Source: Intoshia linei (taxonomy: Eukaryota; Animalia; Orthonectida). From it: a DNA stretch of 47,564 bases. Below, piece by piece: positions 1-13,709 of the stretch; the stretch's first letter is position 1, and every line of letters begins with the position of its first letter. Both the position numbers and the translations under genes were made by a program. Where the stretch lies: NCBI GenBank assembly GCA_001642005.1, contig LWCA01000145.1, forward strand, positions 1 through 47,564, written 5' to 3'. Below the pieces are notes generated by a model. That model was not told the DNA's origin, did no database searches, and saw only the letters and a list, made by a program, of their open reading frames with translations.

Positions 1-80
1 TTTATTTTTTAAGTATAATAAAAATGTGCCCTCGGCAGAGCTAGGTCTTGTTTGTACGTAGTACATAACAGTCAACCTAA
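1..80 (+). mobile_element. 3' end of non-autonomous Helitron (window starts inside it)
   Basis: GCCCTCGGCAGAGCTAGGT..TGTTTGTACGTAGTACATAACAG..AACCTAA|T matches the ends at 8245-8296 and 44978-45030; ends in CTRR (CTAA 77-80) followed by T. Confidence 0.7.
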
Positions 81-409
81 TGTAGTTATAATATTTTTTA
101 TTTATAATAATATTTAGTTGGAATAAATCATACTAAATAAATAATAACTATTAGGCACATCTCCTAATATTAACAATTTTTAATAGAAATAATAATAATT
201 TTATGATGTAAATGTATTCAAAAATAAACTGAATCTAATTAAAGAGATTGTACATTATGGGCATATATTTTTTGTGTATTATAAATAAAGTATTCTCTCT
301 ACTTGTCGCTATTCATATTATTTTGAAAAAAGTGGCATTGTAGAATATTAAAAAAAATTGCAGAGAGAATACTCATTAATACATTAGTATATTATTCTTT
401 ACACCTATA

Positions 410-749
410 CAAGGATTTTCTACCTTTTTTGATTTATCCTTACCTAAATGAAAAAACATATATTTTTTTAAGATTATCGCCCTTCTTAAAAAAGATATCA
501 AGGGTTCTTTAATAATTAAAAACAAGCAAAAAATGTTTACTCATACTTTTGTGCATTATAATAATTTATGATACAGTCTATATAAACAAATTTTTAAATT
601 GGAGTTTTAACAAACAAATTACTTGCTTGTTAAGTTGAGTTAATTTTTCTCATAACATATTTTTATGTGACTTCGCAGAAATGAAATAAAAACGAATCTG
701 AAAATAAATCGCCCAAAATGGGCGATATCACCCAGGTTGAGAATCCCTG
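410..749. mobile_element. Degenerate hAT-type MITE
   Basis: Left CAAGGATTTTCTACC versus right GGTTGAGAATCCCTG (imperfect TIR); subterminal hairpin TCGCCCAAAATGGGCGA; TSD only partly matched. Confidence 0.4.
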
Positions 750-755
750 ATGTAA

Positions 756-1325
756 ACCTTTCTTTCCAGGAATCATTATTTTTATGGGTAGCGGAAAATT
801 TCAGTGTATTAAATAATGTGTAACACGTTTTAGTTTGAATCTGATAAATTGAAATATTGTACAGCCACGTTCAGTGCCGAATAAAAATTTAAAATGCAAC
901 TCTTCTAAGGCCTTGACAAAATTTTTGTAAATTGCGCATATAAAAATTAAATTCTTGCATATCATAACAATTTTGTGTATTAAAAATATCTTTACTTAGT
1001 GTAATGTTTTGGTTCTCGAATGTCTTTATTCTATAGCGAAACTTATTAAGTATAATTTCAAGACAATTCAATGTTACGATTTAATACAAAATTATTATGA
1101 TCAACATCTATTATTATCTATCATTTATTACAACCATCACAACTAAACTGGTACAACACTACACTTAGCCTACCTTTAAAAACCTTACAAGGTTTTTAGA
1201 TTTCTCAAAGAAATGTCCCAAGGCGTTGGAGAGGTGGCTAGAATATATGACGCTACGCATCGTTTGTGAAATTTTATTTTAAAGCTTATCTTTCATTTTC
1301 TGGTGGCCTCGAGCTTGGTGGATTA
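756..1325 (+). repeat. Old dispersed repeat, copy 1 (homologous to 3917-4218, with about 290 extra bp)
   Basis: Shared blocks CCAGGA(A)TCATTATTTTT..AGCGGAAA, ATATTGT(A/G)CAGCCACGT..GCCGAA, CATCGTTTG, TTTCATTTT..TCGAGC(T/A)TGGT. Confidence 0.55.
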
Positions 1326-1663
1326 GACGATGAATACTGTACTAATTTTTTAGTATGTTCATGGAAATTCCAATTAAATTTTATATACTAAAAAACTATA
1401 CGTATAAATTGTAGACTATAATTAACATAAAAAATGATTTGCTTATCACATGAGGAAGACTCGTCCACTTAAGATCAGTCTTAACCACTTGGCAGTATTC
1501 ATTAACGTGACAACAATATTTTTTTGAAGATTGCAAAATTATCTGAATTGTTTGATACCAATAAAACTTTATTTATGAATTGCACATTTCACTCATAAAA
1601 ATATATTCCTTACAAAAATACCTATTTTACAATTTTGTAAATAATAATTTAAATAGAGTATAG

Positions 1664-3225
1664 ATGCCGAAAAAACCAACTATAACTAAGAATGAACCCA
1701 AGAAAGAAAGAGTGACAATTGTAAAATTAAATATTTTTTTTTGATAATAAATTAGGATAGAACCTTTGGTTTAAAAAACAAAAAGGGTGCAAAACAGCAA
1801 AAGTTTATAACTAATGTAAAGAACCAAAAAACTGCTGATGATATTGAAAAGGTAAATAATTTGATGATTAAATATAAAAAAATCAGCAACAATTGAATTT
1901 CCAAAAAAAGAATAAAAAATTAAAAGATGAACAAGAAAGAAAAGAATTAAACATGTTATTTAAAACTTTTGTACCTAAAAATAAGGAAGGTAGAAATTTC
2001 TATTTTTTTAATTTATATGCAAAAATAGATGAAAATACCAAAAATATATTATGTCTTTTTTTTAAAAACGGAAAATGTTCTAAAGGAAAAAAGTGTAAAT
2101 TTTCGCATGATTTGAGTCAAATAAGAAAATCTGAAAAACGATCAGTATTTGAAGATGGTATTTAATTAATAATTTTTTTGTTTTATACTTTTTAGATGCT
2201 AAAGATAATGATCTAAATTTACCCAATGATTCTAACAATCTCACTAGAACTAATAAAGTAAATTATTTATTTATAAATTTTTAAAATTCACTACATATTT
2301 ATATAAATGTTAGATCTGTAAACACTTTCTTGAAGCCATTGATAAATCTAAATATGGATGGTTCTGGCAATGGTATACATTTAATCGTAATCCAATCAAA
2401 TACTTTTAGTCCAAATGGTGAAAAATGTGTATTTAGACATTCCTTACCAAAAGGTTTACTTATAATTTATTAGTTTATGAATTTAAAACTATTTTAGATT
2501 ATGTATTAAAGAAAAAGAAGAAAAAGGTTGCGCAAGTAAACGTAGAAGATGCAATAATGAAGGAATTACTTACTCTTCAGGTTTTCATCCATTCTTGTTG
2601 TATATTAAAGTCTAGTCCGCGATCGCAGAAGGTGCAGAGTTGACTCAAATTTCTTTGGAAAATTTTATTGAATGGAAAGAATATAAGGTTTTTGTGTTTA
2701 TCAAAATAATTTTGATTTAGAAAAGCGTGAAAAGAAAAGCAATAAAATCTGATATAAAAATTAAAAAAACTAACGTCAAAAAGGGTGTAATTGTTAAATT
2801 GACTGGACGTGAAATTTTTTCAATGAAAATTGGACAAAATACAAAAAATGATACTATCGCAGCTGACAAAGAAGAAATTTTAAATATTAATTTTGACGTA
2901 AATTTTGAGATTAAAAATTTTTCATAAATGTATAGAAAAAAGATGACTGTCAAATACAAAATATTAATCTGAAGAATTTTGAAAATAGATATTTATCAAA
3001 ACTCAAAAAGGCCCAAAAAATGAGTTATCGATTATTAGTATCATTTTTAATTTAATTTTAGGTCAATCAGAAGACATCATTGATGATATTGATGAAGATT
3101 TGTTTTTGTGTAGCGAATCTGATGAATCTCAAATTTCTGAATCAGAAAACCAACCAAATACACCAAAAATGAATATTTTGGATAAAGTGGAAATCAAAAA
3201 TTTAGACAATTTATCTATAAATTGA
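1664..3225 (+). CDS. ZC3H15: Zinc finger CCCH domain-containing protein 15 (DFRP1/Tma46 family), multi-exon
   Basis: ATG 1664; after intron 1721-1755 DRTFGLKNKKGAKQQKFI; CCCH fingers CLFFKNGKCSKGKKCKFSHD and [45 protein letters not shown]; TGA 3223-3225. Confidence 0.93.
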
Positions 3226-3233
3226 TTTTAAAA

Positions 3234-6200
3234 TCAATATAATGAATTTATTAAACTTACAAAATCGTTCAAATTCTTAATTTGACCCATGTCAACTCCA
3301 AGCCATTTCAATAATTGGTAATATGAATAAATGAAAGCACGGCTAATTTCCTGGGTACGTTCTAGTCCATTCAATTCTACTTTCAAGGTATGATTGAATT
3401 GAATCCGTCTTTCTAGTTCAGCTTTGTGTATTTCTATTTCAACGGCTAATCGTTTTGCTGCAATCATTGCCAAACGTGCTTCTTCTTGCTGTCGTATTCT
3501 TTGTATTTCTCTTTGTTTTTCTAATCTTTCTAATTCTATTGCCTTTTGTCGCTCATATTCCAATCTTTCTTCTTCCTTCATTTGATCCAATAATAACTGT
3601 TCACGTCTTTTTTCATCCAGTCTGTTTTGAGTCATTTCTTCTTCCTCCATTTTGCGTTGTAATGCCAATAATCGTTGCTCTTCTCTCAATTTTTCAATTT
3701 TTTTCTTTTTATCTTCTTTACGTTTAATGTCTAGCTCCTCATTCGCTAATTTCCTTCTTTTTTCGTTTAATAGTTTTTGTTCTTCCTCTTGCATCTAAAT
3801 CAGAAATTCAAGTAAAAAAGAAAAAATCTATAAATATTACTACAACTATGTGTATTTAGATGAATCTAATTTTTTTAGGTTTTTCAAAGCAATAAACAAT
3901 TGTTAGAATTAAGCAGACCTTCCTTTCCCAGGATCATTATTTTTTAATGTGAAGCGGAAATTTTTAGTATAAATTTTCAGCAATGTGTAAAACTTTTCAA
4001 ATTGTTAAAATCGGATATACCCAGATATTGTGCAGCCACGTGCGAGCCGAACCTATCTTATCGAAACCCTCCTAGAGGGTCAAAACAATGTATATTGTTC
4101 AATATTATAACTAAAATATCGACCCTTTGATATGTTTCTAGGATTTATATGTTATTACCCATCGTTTGGGATATTTTAGGCCATACTTTTCATTTTTGTA
4201 TTTCGAGCATGGTAATTATAAACATAGATTAGAAATAATTGTAAAAAATTGTGTGATTACCTCCACAAATGTATAATTGTTATTACTACTAGGAATTGGC
4301 ATTTTAATATTTTGAATACTGGTCAAGAAAACAAACAATGTATTTAAAGATACACATTTTACATATAAGTTAATATTGATAGCTTTAACCATAGATTTTT
4401 TTAAACACCCACTTATTGGTTTGTCCCTGATTGACAAAACTGTTTTTACTGTTATCAATTGCTCATTAGGGTGTTACATTAAATTTTTTTTTAAGAAATT
4501 CAAAAAAATACCCGATAGATTAGGTGTAATTTAAAAAAAAAAGAATCTGATAACTAAGTGTGAAAATTGCTCATTAACGAATATCAATAAGCAATCTCAT
4601 TATAATTTCAATAGAGTTAATAAATTTTATTACCGTATCTTCTTCTTGTTGTCTTCTTAGCCTACGTTCTTCTTCATATTGTTTTCGTTCATTCTCTAGT
4701 TCTAATTTTAAGTCTTCTTTTCTTTGTTTTTCTCGATTAGCTCGGTTGCGCCGTTCAACTTCTTCTTTTCGTTTTTTTTCTACTAAATCTCTCCTTCTCT
4801 GAGCTTCAGCTCCACGTCGAGCGGCTCTGGATTGTACATCAATGGACTGTTTAGGAGTAGCATTTTTTTGTTTTATGCTAGAAATAGAGCCTGATAATTC
4901 AGACAGTGCAATTGACATAGATAATCTACCATCGTTCAAAGAATCTATGTGACTATCACTAAATTCATCTCTAACAATTACAAAGTCGATATCTTCTTCG
5001 GTTCTCGTCTCTTTCGTAGCAGAAGTATTGACTGCAGAAGAGGATATTAGACTTGATGGGTCTCTTTCCAATACAATCTTTTCTTCTATAATTTTCTTAA
5101 TAGTTTCTTTTATTTGAGGTATAGGTACGTCAATAATTTCAGTTTTTTTAATTGTTTCAGTTATTTCATTTTTTTCAGTTTCCACCTCAGTTACTTTTTT
5201 CGGTTTTGCTTTAGGTTTTAATTTATTCACCTTTTTTTCAGGTTTTATGATTTTTTCCGTTTTCGTAAATTTAGGTTTTTTTTCACTTTTTTTAACAAAC
5301 TTCTTTTTTATTGGTTCTGTGGTTGGTGGTGGAGAAGATTGGTAATATAATTTTTTAATTTCATTTTGATCTACGACTTTTTCAATGACAAATGTATCTT
5401 TTTGTTTGTCTGATACTGCACTTTTGACACTAGATTTACGAAAGATTGTTTTTCCTTTAAATTCTTGAACGGATTCAGATTTTTTTGAAATTTTTGATCT
5501 TTTACTGCTTTTGCTTTTATTATCACCATCATCAGAGGTACTTGTTTTACTCGGAGTTGAACGCTTGTCAATTTTTTCCAATGAAGGCGATGATTTAGTA
5601 GATTTTAAAGATTTAACTGATTTCGGTGACAAAATAGATTTATGTTCATCAATTGATGGTAGCACACTACTTTCAGATTCGTATTTATTAACAGACGTTT
5701 GTGAAAGTGGTTCTGATTTTACTGGTGATTTTTCAGATTCAATATCTTCTAAAATTGTTTCTTTAATATCCACATATTCCAGTACTGTTTTTTGTTGGTT
5801 GATTGTGATAGGTTCTACTTTTTTTGATAATAAATTTATTGGATTCTCAATCTCTTTTTCTACAGGTTGATCCGTTTCTATAATGTCCATTGTTTTTTCT
5901 TCACTGATATGCGAAAGTTCTTTCCGTTGTGTCACATTTAATATTTCTGAACTGCTTGTGATTTCTTTGAATGAATCTGATGAAATATCAGGAGAAATGT
6001 TACTTGAACTGGATTTTAAACTGAGAGAATCTTTTGATTTTATAATTGTTACCGTATTTTTTGAAGATGACGTTGAAAAATTCACAGTTTCAATGTCACT
6101 TATGTCAACATCTTCTTTAGATAGTATTTCTATAAGTTCGTTAGAAATGTATATTTCCGATTTTTTTAATTTTTCAAACGATGGTGAATTCGATGAACTA

Positions 6201-9200
6201 GAAAGTGCTTCAATAAGACTTTTAGCTATACTATCTCTAAGTTGAGCTATATTAGACATAGCACTTTTTATTTTTCTTTTTTTATTCTTTTTAACATTTT
6301 TGTTTGATTTTAAAGATTGAGTTCCACATGGGAAATTATTTTGAAAAAGTGTCCAGTATTTAGCCGCTTTATCAACGTCTTGTAATAAGTTGTCTCCCAA
6401 ATTTATGGAGGTTACAACACTTTGTGCATGACTCGATAATGTATTTAAAGCACTTTTTGTACCTGATTCGTTTGTGGTATTTCTACTCTGTGGAGATAAA
6501 ACTGTGCTCGAGAGATCTAAATAGTATAATTTAATGTTTTTATTCATTAAATACCTTTGGGTGTTGATATATATGTTGCCTTTGTAGATGAATTGACTTT
6601 GCTCTTTGAACTAACTAAATATACTGTAATCATTTTTATTAATTAATATACAATTGGTTCCAATTGATAAAATGTCTTGCAACGTATTTACACTATCGTC
6701 TCTTAATAAAATATAATGAATGTGATTAAGTATATAATGTATATTATACCGTCAACCCTATCAATGAAACTTTGCTATTTATTAACTTTATTATTAAATT
6801 TACAAAAGGTTGAATGTACAATGTACATTAATTTGGAAATTACATTGGAGTTTCATCATTATCAGCAAATGTCTCCTCAGATGTAGTTTTTCTATCTAAA
6901 AAATGGATTTAATGTACTTATTTTTTATTTTTAAAGACTAACGCGATGAGGGTGTCGCTTTAGATTTATTTGGTGTACTAAATGTTTTTGAAAAGGTGGT
7001 TATTGTTGAAATTGAATCTAAATTGATTTTTATAAATTAATACAATCTTGATAATGGTGATGAATTTTTCTATAATAATTAGCATAATTGATATAATCAC
7101 TTTTAAAAAGATTATAATAATGATTATAAACTGATATATTTTTATTGTTACAGTAAAACAAAACCAAACCCTGAAAATCAAATATAGATTACTAAAAAAA
7201 ATATCAAATGATGTTAATGCAATACAGCCCGATTCACCTCGTTACGGGCCTGGTCTTGAAAATTTAACTTTGAAAAACAAAACAGATATGATATATCCTT
7301 CATTACTTATATAAAGTAATTTAGTTAAAAATGTATTTCTGTTTATTTATTTATTTGTTTGTCTTTCTGTTTCATTTTATTTACGAAAGTAAGAGAAGTC
7401 AAGTTTTAAAAATTTTATATTTCTATTACAGTTTTTCGAGAGTGATATAAATTCTAGGATTGTTTTTAAATTCATAAGCAGTATCATCAATATAAACTTC
7501 AAAAAAGCTAATTTTCACGGTCAAAAACTCAGATTACATTTTTTTAAAAATGAAAATAGCCTTAGAATTTAAAAAAAAAATACAGATGATACAAATTATA
7601 TCCAGTTAACCCACACAAAAATTTCAATCTGATAAAGTGACACCTTCATGGTCAAAAAAGAACTTAGGTATTCATTTTTTTTAATTCTACTATTTTACTA
7701 AAATAAAAAATTTAAAATAATTAATATTGGTAAAATAAAAATTATTCTGATACAGCTTATTCCAGTTTAAAAAAATATCAACCCCAGCAATCTACACATT
7801 CCCGGTTAAAATTAATTTTTAATTAATTATAATTTAATTAATAATTTTAATTTAATAATTATCAATCAATATTTTTGTAATGTTAAATTAAAAATAAAAA
7901 AAGTAAAAGTAAATATTCATCCTACAATTTCACGAATTTAAACTATTTATGACAATTTTTAAGATAAAATTGTTTTTATTTTATTTTTAAGATTATAAAC
8001 ACATTCTGTTTAATAAATTAAAAAAATGGGATCACAAAATTGTTTTTAAAATTCTTTACACAAATTTTAACAGAATAAAATTAAGATAGAATAATTCACT
8101 TTACATTAAAAAGTAATGATATGACGGATCCATGTTAAACAAGTTTGGGAACCACTTCTTTAAAGGATTGATAATATTGAATAGTAACATTTTGAAGTTA
8201 GATTTTCTTATTGAATTTATTTTTTTGGTTGAATAAAAATTTCTGCTCTCGGTAGAGCTAGGTGCTGTTTGAACGTAGTACATAACAGCAACCTAGTGAG
8301 TAATAAAATCCCTATTTTCAATTTCAAATATATACTTTCAATTGATAGTATTTTAAATTTACGTATATCTTGTTTGGAAGATTTATCCTTAGTAGATATG
8401 GATCTAGATTCTTTGGTAGATGTCGGAATTGTCGAACTGATCCCGCTTATACGTAACGAGTCACTCATAGAAACGCTTGTCACATATTTCTAAATTAATG
8501 ACTGTAAAAATATTTTACATTACGTTTTTCGATTTTACTTTTTTGTTAATTAAAGATGAAAATTCAATTATATATCTAAAAGGCAACATTGACAAAAAAA
8601 TTTTTAAGTTATAATATAATTAAATATAATTATATAAATGTAATTAGTTTAATTTAAATTAGATTAATTATTAATTATTCGTTTATAAAAAAATTATATT
8701 GCCAAAATAGTTAAATAAAATAGAATATTAGACCAAATCGTGTGTAAACATGTACAATATCGTATAAATATGAAATGGTCATTCAAGTGGGACTCGATTC
8801 AAAGTCTCAAATAAGTTAATTTTATACATTAACAGCTTCTTCCATATTAAATTTTTCATGTGTTATATCGATAATTTTCTTTCCAATCTAGATATGCATT
8901 TAATTATAAAAATTTATAAATTTTACATTTTCCGTATGTTGTAAAACATGGTTCACCGCACTATTTATCAATAATTCCGCCAAAATATTTTTTTTAGTTT
9001 GATCTTGTTCTTCCTCATAGTTTATCTTTTTGTATATGTTTTCTTGTTCGTTTATTACTTCTGCTACACCCAAAGAAGATAAAACTGAATTTGTTCTAGG
9101 TGACTCTGATATTTCTGTGAATTTTAAAATTCATTTACTAATTGTATGTTATAAATTAATATTACCTGAAGATGACCTGAAAAACGTATACTTATTTGAC

Positions 9201-10426
9201 TTTATTGGGATTAGCATTTGAGATAATATTCGGTAAGGCAAAGGTATTTTTGATAAATCATCTTGTGCATAATTTTTATAAGATTGGTTATACTGGTCCG
9301 TCAGGTACATTGAGTTTTTTGAAATGACTCCTATTTTTGTTGATGCATTCATTATATTTAAATTAGGATTATTAGTTTTATAGTTTTGTTAATAATAATA
9401 CATTTCTGATGTGATTTTACCCTGTAGCACTGTGTTTTTAACAGATAACCCAAAATACAAACAAACTCTAAGTTAAATGATTCGATCGTATGATTGCCAT
9501 GCTATGCATACCGTACATGTTATAAATTTACGTGCCAAAATACAATTTAATAAATCAAACGCATTTTTAGTTTTTTAAATTTGTTTAAAATTTCTCTAAA
9601 GGTTAATTGAACATAATTAAAGATCCTACAGATTAAAGAACTCCAATAATAATGTATATTTAAAAAAAAAATATTTTTATATTAATGCCCGGACTTTTGC
9701 CGTATCAGTGTATTCTTATCCGGTACGATATGGGAATTAGGGTGCCCATTGGGCATACCGCAGAGGTTGATGTAATATTCAACAACACACAATATTTTAA
9801 TTGTTAACTCGGCTTATGATTTTAACCTAACCCGTACCCATTTTAGGTACAAAATACTTTATATCCGATTTACCATTGGACGCCAATCTCATGATAGATG
9901 TATCGTTCATTGATTTTATCAATTTCCCCATGTATCGTTTCGCAGAATATCCTGGACGTACATTTTGCTGGTTTTTTTGTTTAACAACCAATGTAAGAAA
10001 ATTATTCTAAAAAATAACATTATTTATAATTTTAAATTCACCGTGCTTCCATATTTTAATATGGAAATTAGAAAATCGTTCATGGTCTTGATTCCTAGCA
10101 CTCCTGCATATTTTTTTTCAGACGTTTCACTTCCTTTTAGTATATTGTTATTGATACAATCTTCTGAATACAACAACAAAGCACCAGTGCGTGTACTAAA
10201 CGTTTTAGGGAGATAAATTTCATTTTTCAATTGAACGGTGTAATTATTTCTATCAATTATTTGAATCTCACTTTTACGTTTTTTTCTTTTCGCATTCAAA
10301 TAATCCTATACAAATTAAAAAAATCAAAAATTTTATTACTGTTTGATCGAGCACAATATCTACATGTTCTGTTCCATTTTTTTTAATTTTTCCAATTCCC
10401 CTAGATAATAAGGAAAAAATACTCAT
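3234..10426 (-). CDS. KIAA2012: KIAA2012-like coiled-coil protein, multi-exon
   Basis: N-terminus MSIFSLLSRGIGKI..DYLN, motif YLPKTFSTRTGALLLYSED, long S/K/E-rich middle exon (ORF 4574-6547), C-terminal coiled coil ending QEISRAFIYSYYQLL; internal exon boundaries only partly resolved. Confidence 0.8.
3917..4218 (+). repeat. Old dispersed repeat, copy 2, in the last intron of KIAA2012-like
   Basis: Block homology to 756-885 and 1170-1325. Confidence 0.55.
7296..8296 (+). mobile_element. Full-length non-autonomous Helitron in a KIAA2012-like intron
   Basis: A|TC 5' end then TTACTTATATAA and a TTTG/TTTA tract; internal homology to 44082-44885; 3' hairpins and CTAG (8293-8296)|T; no TSD. Confidence 0.75.
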
Positions 10427-11329
10427 GATGAAATTCAATTTGCGGTGGACAGCGCAAAGGAACTTTAAAATCGATTAATTTGAAGCTTGATTGGTCACGG
10501 AAACATAAACAGATACTTGCTTAGATATATTCTTAATAAATTCGTAGGTAAAATTTGTTCTCTATATACTTTGATTAAAATTATAATGACTTAGATCTTA
10601 AACTGGAACAATTAATGTATTAGACAGTATTTAATTTTTTTACAATGTTCTTATTTTGCATAAAATCTAACAACTAATTAATATAAATGGTATTTTTAAA
10701 GTTAATATATTATTATTCAATTGTAAATGTTATTAGATAGTTAAATAATAAATAACTCACTAATGAGCTGCAATAAACTTTGTATTATATATGCCGGTGT
10801 ATTTCCGTCATTGATTTCAAACATTATTAGTTGTATATAAAATGGATATTATAACAATTAACTGTATAATAAAAATTCTACAAAACAATACAATTTTATA
10901 CTGTAGTATATTTATCAATGCGGCATTAAACTAGCAAAATTATAATCATAAATTAATGAATAAAAATATTTTTTAAAACAATCATTTTTAAAATTACTGA
11001 AACCTTTATTATATTTAATGATGTATGTTATAATATGAATTTTTAAATATTAGGTTATTATTTTAATCAATAATTATCAAATATTATGGACATTTTAATG
11101 TAATCACTTAATTTATTTAAAAATCAAATAACAAAAAAATATAATATACAAATAATGTGGTTTGCGTAATGTATGTAAAATATATTAAACATGCCATGTA
11201 AATTAGTAATGTTAATATTTTTAAAACTATTATAATAATGTTATTCTATCTAAAAAAATTATTATTCCAGGGAGAAACAAATGTACACAGTATTATAAAT
11301 AGTTAATTTTGAATGCATTTGTTTATAAT

Positions 11330-12400
11330 TGAAATTAGATTTATTGTATTTAGAAAACTAGAACAAAAAACAAAAATAGATTTCGAAAATGAAATAAAAA
11401 CTAAATTTGATACTAAAATACATTATTTTTCCGAGTAACAACAATATTAAATTAAATATTTTAGCGGCTTCGATTTTAATACATACATATAATATAATCT
11501 AATCCAGTGTTCATCAAATTGGATAGCGCGAAATATTTTGAATATTATTCTACAAAAAATATGTTTATACCTTACAAATATATACATAATTAATGGAAGT
11601 ATTATTAAATGTGTAATGTTATTCTATACAAAGTTTGTATTCAAACAATTATGTAATTATAATGACTGATTAGTGATCACCATACATTATTATATTATTG
11701 TGAATCAAGGTGGCTCTCTCGTAGAAAATCATTACAAAGAGTGTTTGAGCTGCTTCATGAAACAGTTTTTGTTTTGCAAGAAAATAAAACGAGTGAATAT
11801 GAAATGTTTTAAAATTATAATTTCCTACTTTTATATAGTCATATGTTTGATATATTTAAAAAAATTAAATCAAGATTCAAATACAATGTACTAATTTTAT
11901 TTTTGTCAGAAACAAAATAAATTCATTTATTACAAAATTGATATTTTGATATGTGATGTTCAAAAGTAACAATTATAACTCATTCAAACATTTGATTAAT
12001 TTTCAATAATCTCCAAAAATTGAACATAATAATATTATATTGGACCATTTATTAACTTTGAAAACCCAATATAATTTCTATTTTATTGATATGAACATTT
12101 CAGGCTTTGAATAAATAAGAAATCCTCTCATACCTGAATCGATATCAGACATTGTTTAACTTATTCTGAAGAGGAATTACTGATAGGTTTGTCCAGCGAT
12201 TCAAAACTACAAAATCTATTGCATTGTGTAAACCTCGTAAACGTTTCTTTGTAATTGGAAATTAATATAATATTCTATCAAATTAAGTCATGCTGTTGTT
12301 GTTGTTACCCTCTTCACATCTTGTTTATGTGAGGTTCTGTTTTAAATGTTAAATTATATATTGAAATTATTTAACACTCTTAGGTTTTATCTCAAAAGTT
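11330..12400 (+). pseudogene. Decayed hAT transposase of the Buster/Charlie (ZBED5/SCAND3-like) group
   Basis: SDHHTLLYYCESRWLSRRKSLQRVFELLHE at 11672-11761 (RWLSR 11708-11722); EEELLIGLSSDSKLQ and LFTSCLCEV near 12170-12340 resemble the dimerisation region; stops and frameshifts; boundaries approximate. Confidence 0.8.
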
Positions 12401-12582
12401 TTTAAAAAATAAGAAAAAATGCGAAATACAGATTTGTACTTGAATACAAGCCGAGTAATTGTATAGCTGAAAAAGATAGATAACCAACATCCAGTAAAAA
12501 GAAACTTATTGAGTTAATGCTACGAAAAAAGGTATTTAATAGTCTCGATATAGCCTCAGTATTCTGGAATATTCCACTAGAC

Positions 12583-13709
12583 CAGGGGTGCACAACCTTT
12601 TTACCAATTCAGCCACAAAGCTAATTTACTCGTTGATACTACGGCCACACAAATTATACTTTGACACTGACAAAGTATAAATCCATTTTAAGAAACTGGC
12701 CAAAGTCAAAATGTAAATTTTTGATAAAAATATTTTAAATTGCCCTACCATAAAATCTGATTTAAACTTTTTCAATTTAACGCAACCACAAATTCTAATT
12801 AAGTCATTTGAAAAAGATGCCCAATATGCATAGTTTTATAAAGTTATAAAGATTCGGAATATTTCTTAACATCTTAACAAATCCAACATTTTAACATGCT
12901 TTAACTAAGGGGATGGCAACCTTTTACATACCATGCGCCACATTTTTATCATGCTATCTCAGATGTACCAAAATTTTTGTGAAACTCCAGCTAATAATAG
13001 AATTTATACGTATATAAATATAAACTACATTAATTTGTAGAGTGTCTTAATTTTTTTTACAATATAAAGATATACTGTGTAGTGGTCCTTAATTAATGAG
13101 ACTTTTAGGGTTGTTTTGATATTGCCATTTTTCCTATATTTGGATTTAAATGTGTCAATGAGAGCATAATAATGTTCTTCAAGAAATATAATAAATCATT
13201 TATTAATGAAGACTTCAATATTAAGTGAATAGAGATTATTAAACTTTCGGTAAATCAATGATTAGGATTATATTGTTAATTAGAGATTAACCAATATATA
13301 AGGTGAACGAATTTTTCCGGAAACTTCGGAAGTGTTTAGGTTATTTCTCCACAACCACGGATTACCGAAACAAAATGAATCTTACTTACTATTTAAAATT
13401 TTATTTTCAATTAACCCACATTTTAAATTTTAAATTATCAAAATTGCCAAAGCGCCATTTGCATCAAATTTGCCATAGGTTGGCCACCCATGCTATAACT
13501 AGACACATAAATAATAATGTAAATTTTGACATTTTGAAGGTTGCCATCCAATTTGAGAAACTGGGCAAAGTCAAAAATTTAACTGTTTTTTTAAAATATT
13601 TTAAAATTTCCATTAACAAAATCTGATTTATACTTTTCAATTTGAAGTAAAATGATATATTGCATTATAATCACATGGATTTCTTACGGCCGCAGGTTGT
13701 GCACCATTG
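12583..13709. mobile_element. hAT (Buster-type) MITE, outer element of a nested pair
   Basis: TIRs CAGGGGTGCACAACC / GGTTGTGCACCATTG; 8-bp TSD CACTAGAC / CACTAAAC (nnnTAnnn). Confidence 0.85.
12907..13492 (+). mobile_element. hAT MITE family A, copy 1 (nested in 12583-13709)
   Basis: TIRs AAGGGGATGGCAACC / GGTTGGCCACCCATG; TSD CTTTAACT / CTATAACT; end-to-end homology with 29549-30067 and 21901-22362. Confidence 0.88.

Noticed and set aside
5371-6245. ORFs 5371-5571, 5511-5870 and 5883-6245 as separate genes
   Set aside because: Antisense or alternate-frame shadows of the low-complexity KIAA2012-like exon
13303-13626. 107-aa ORF
   Set aside because: Runs across the junction of two MITEs; not coding-like
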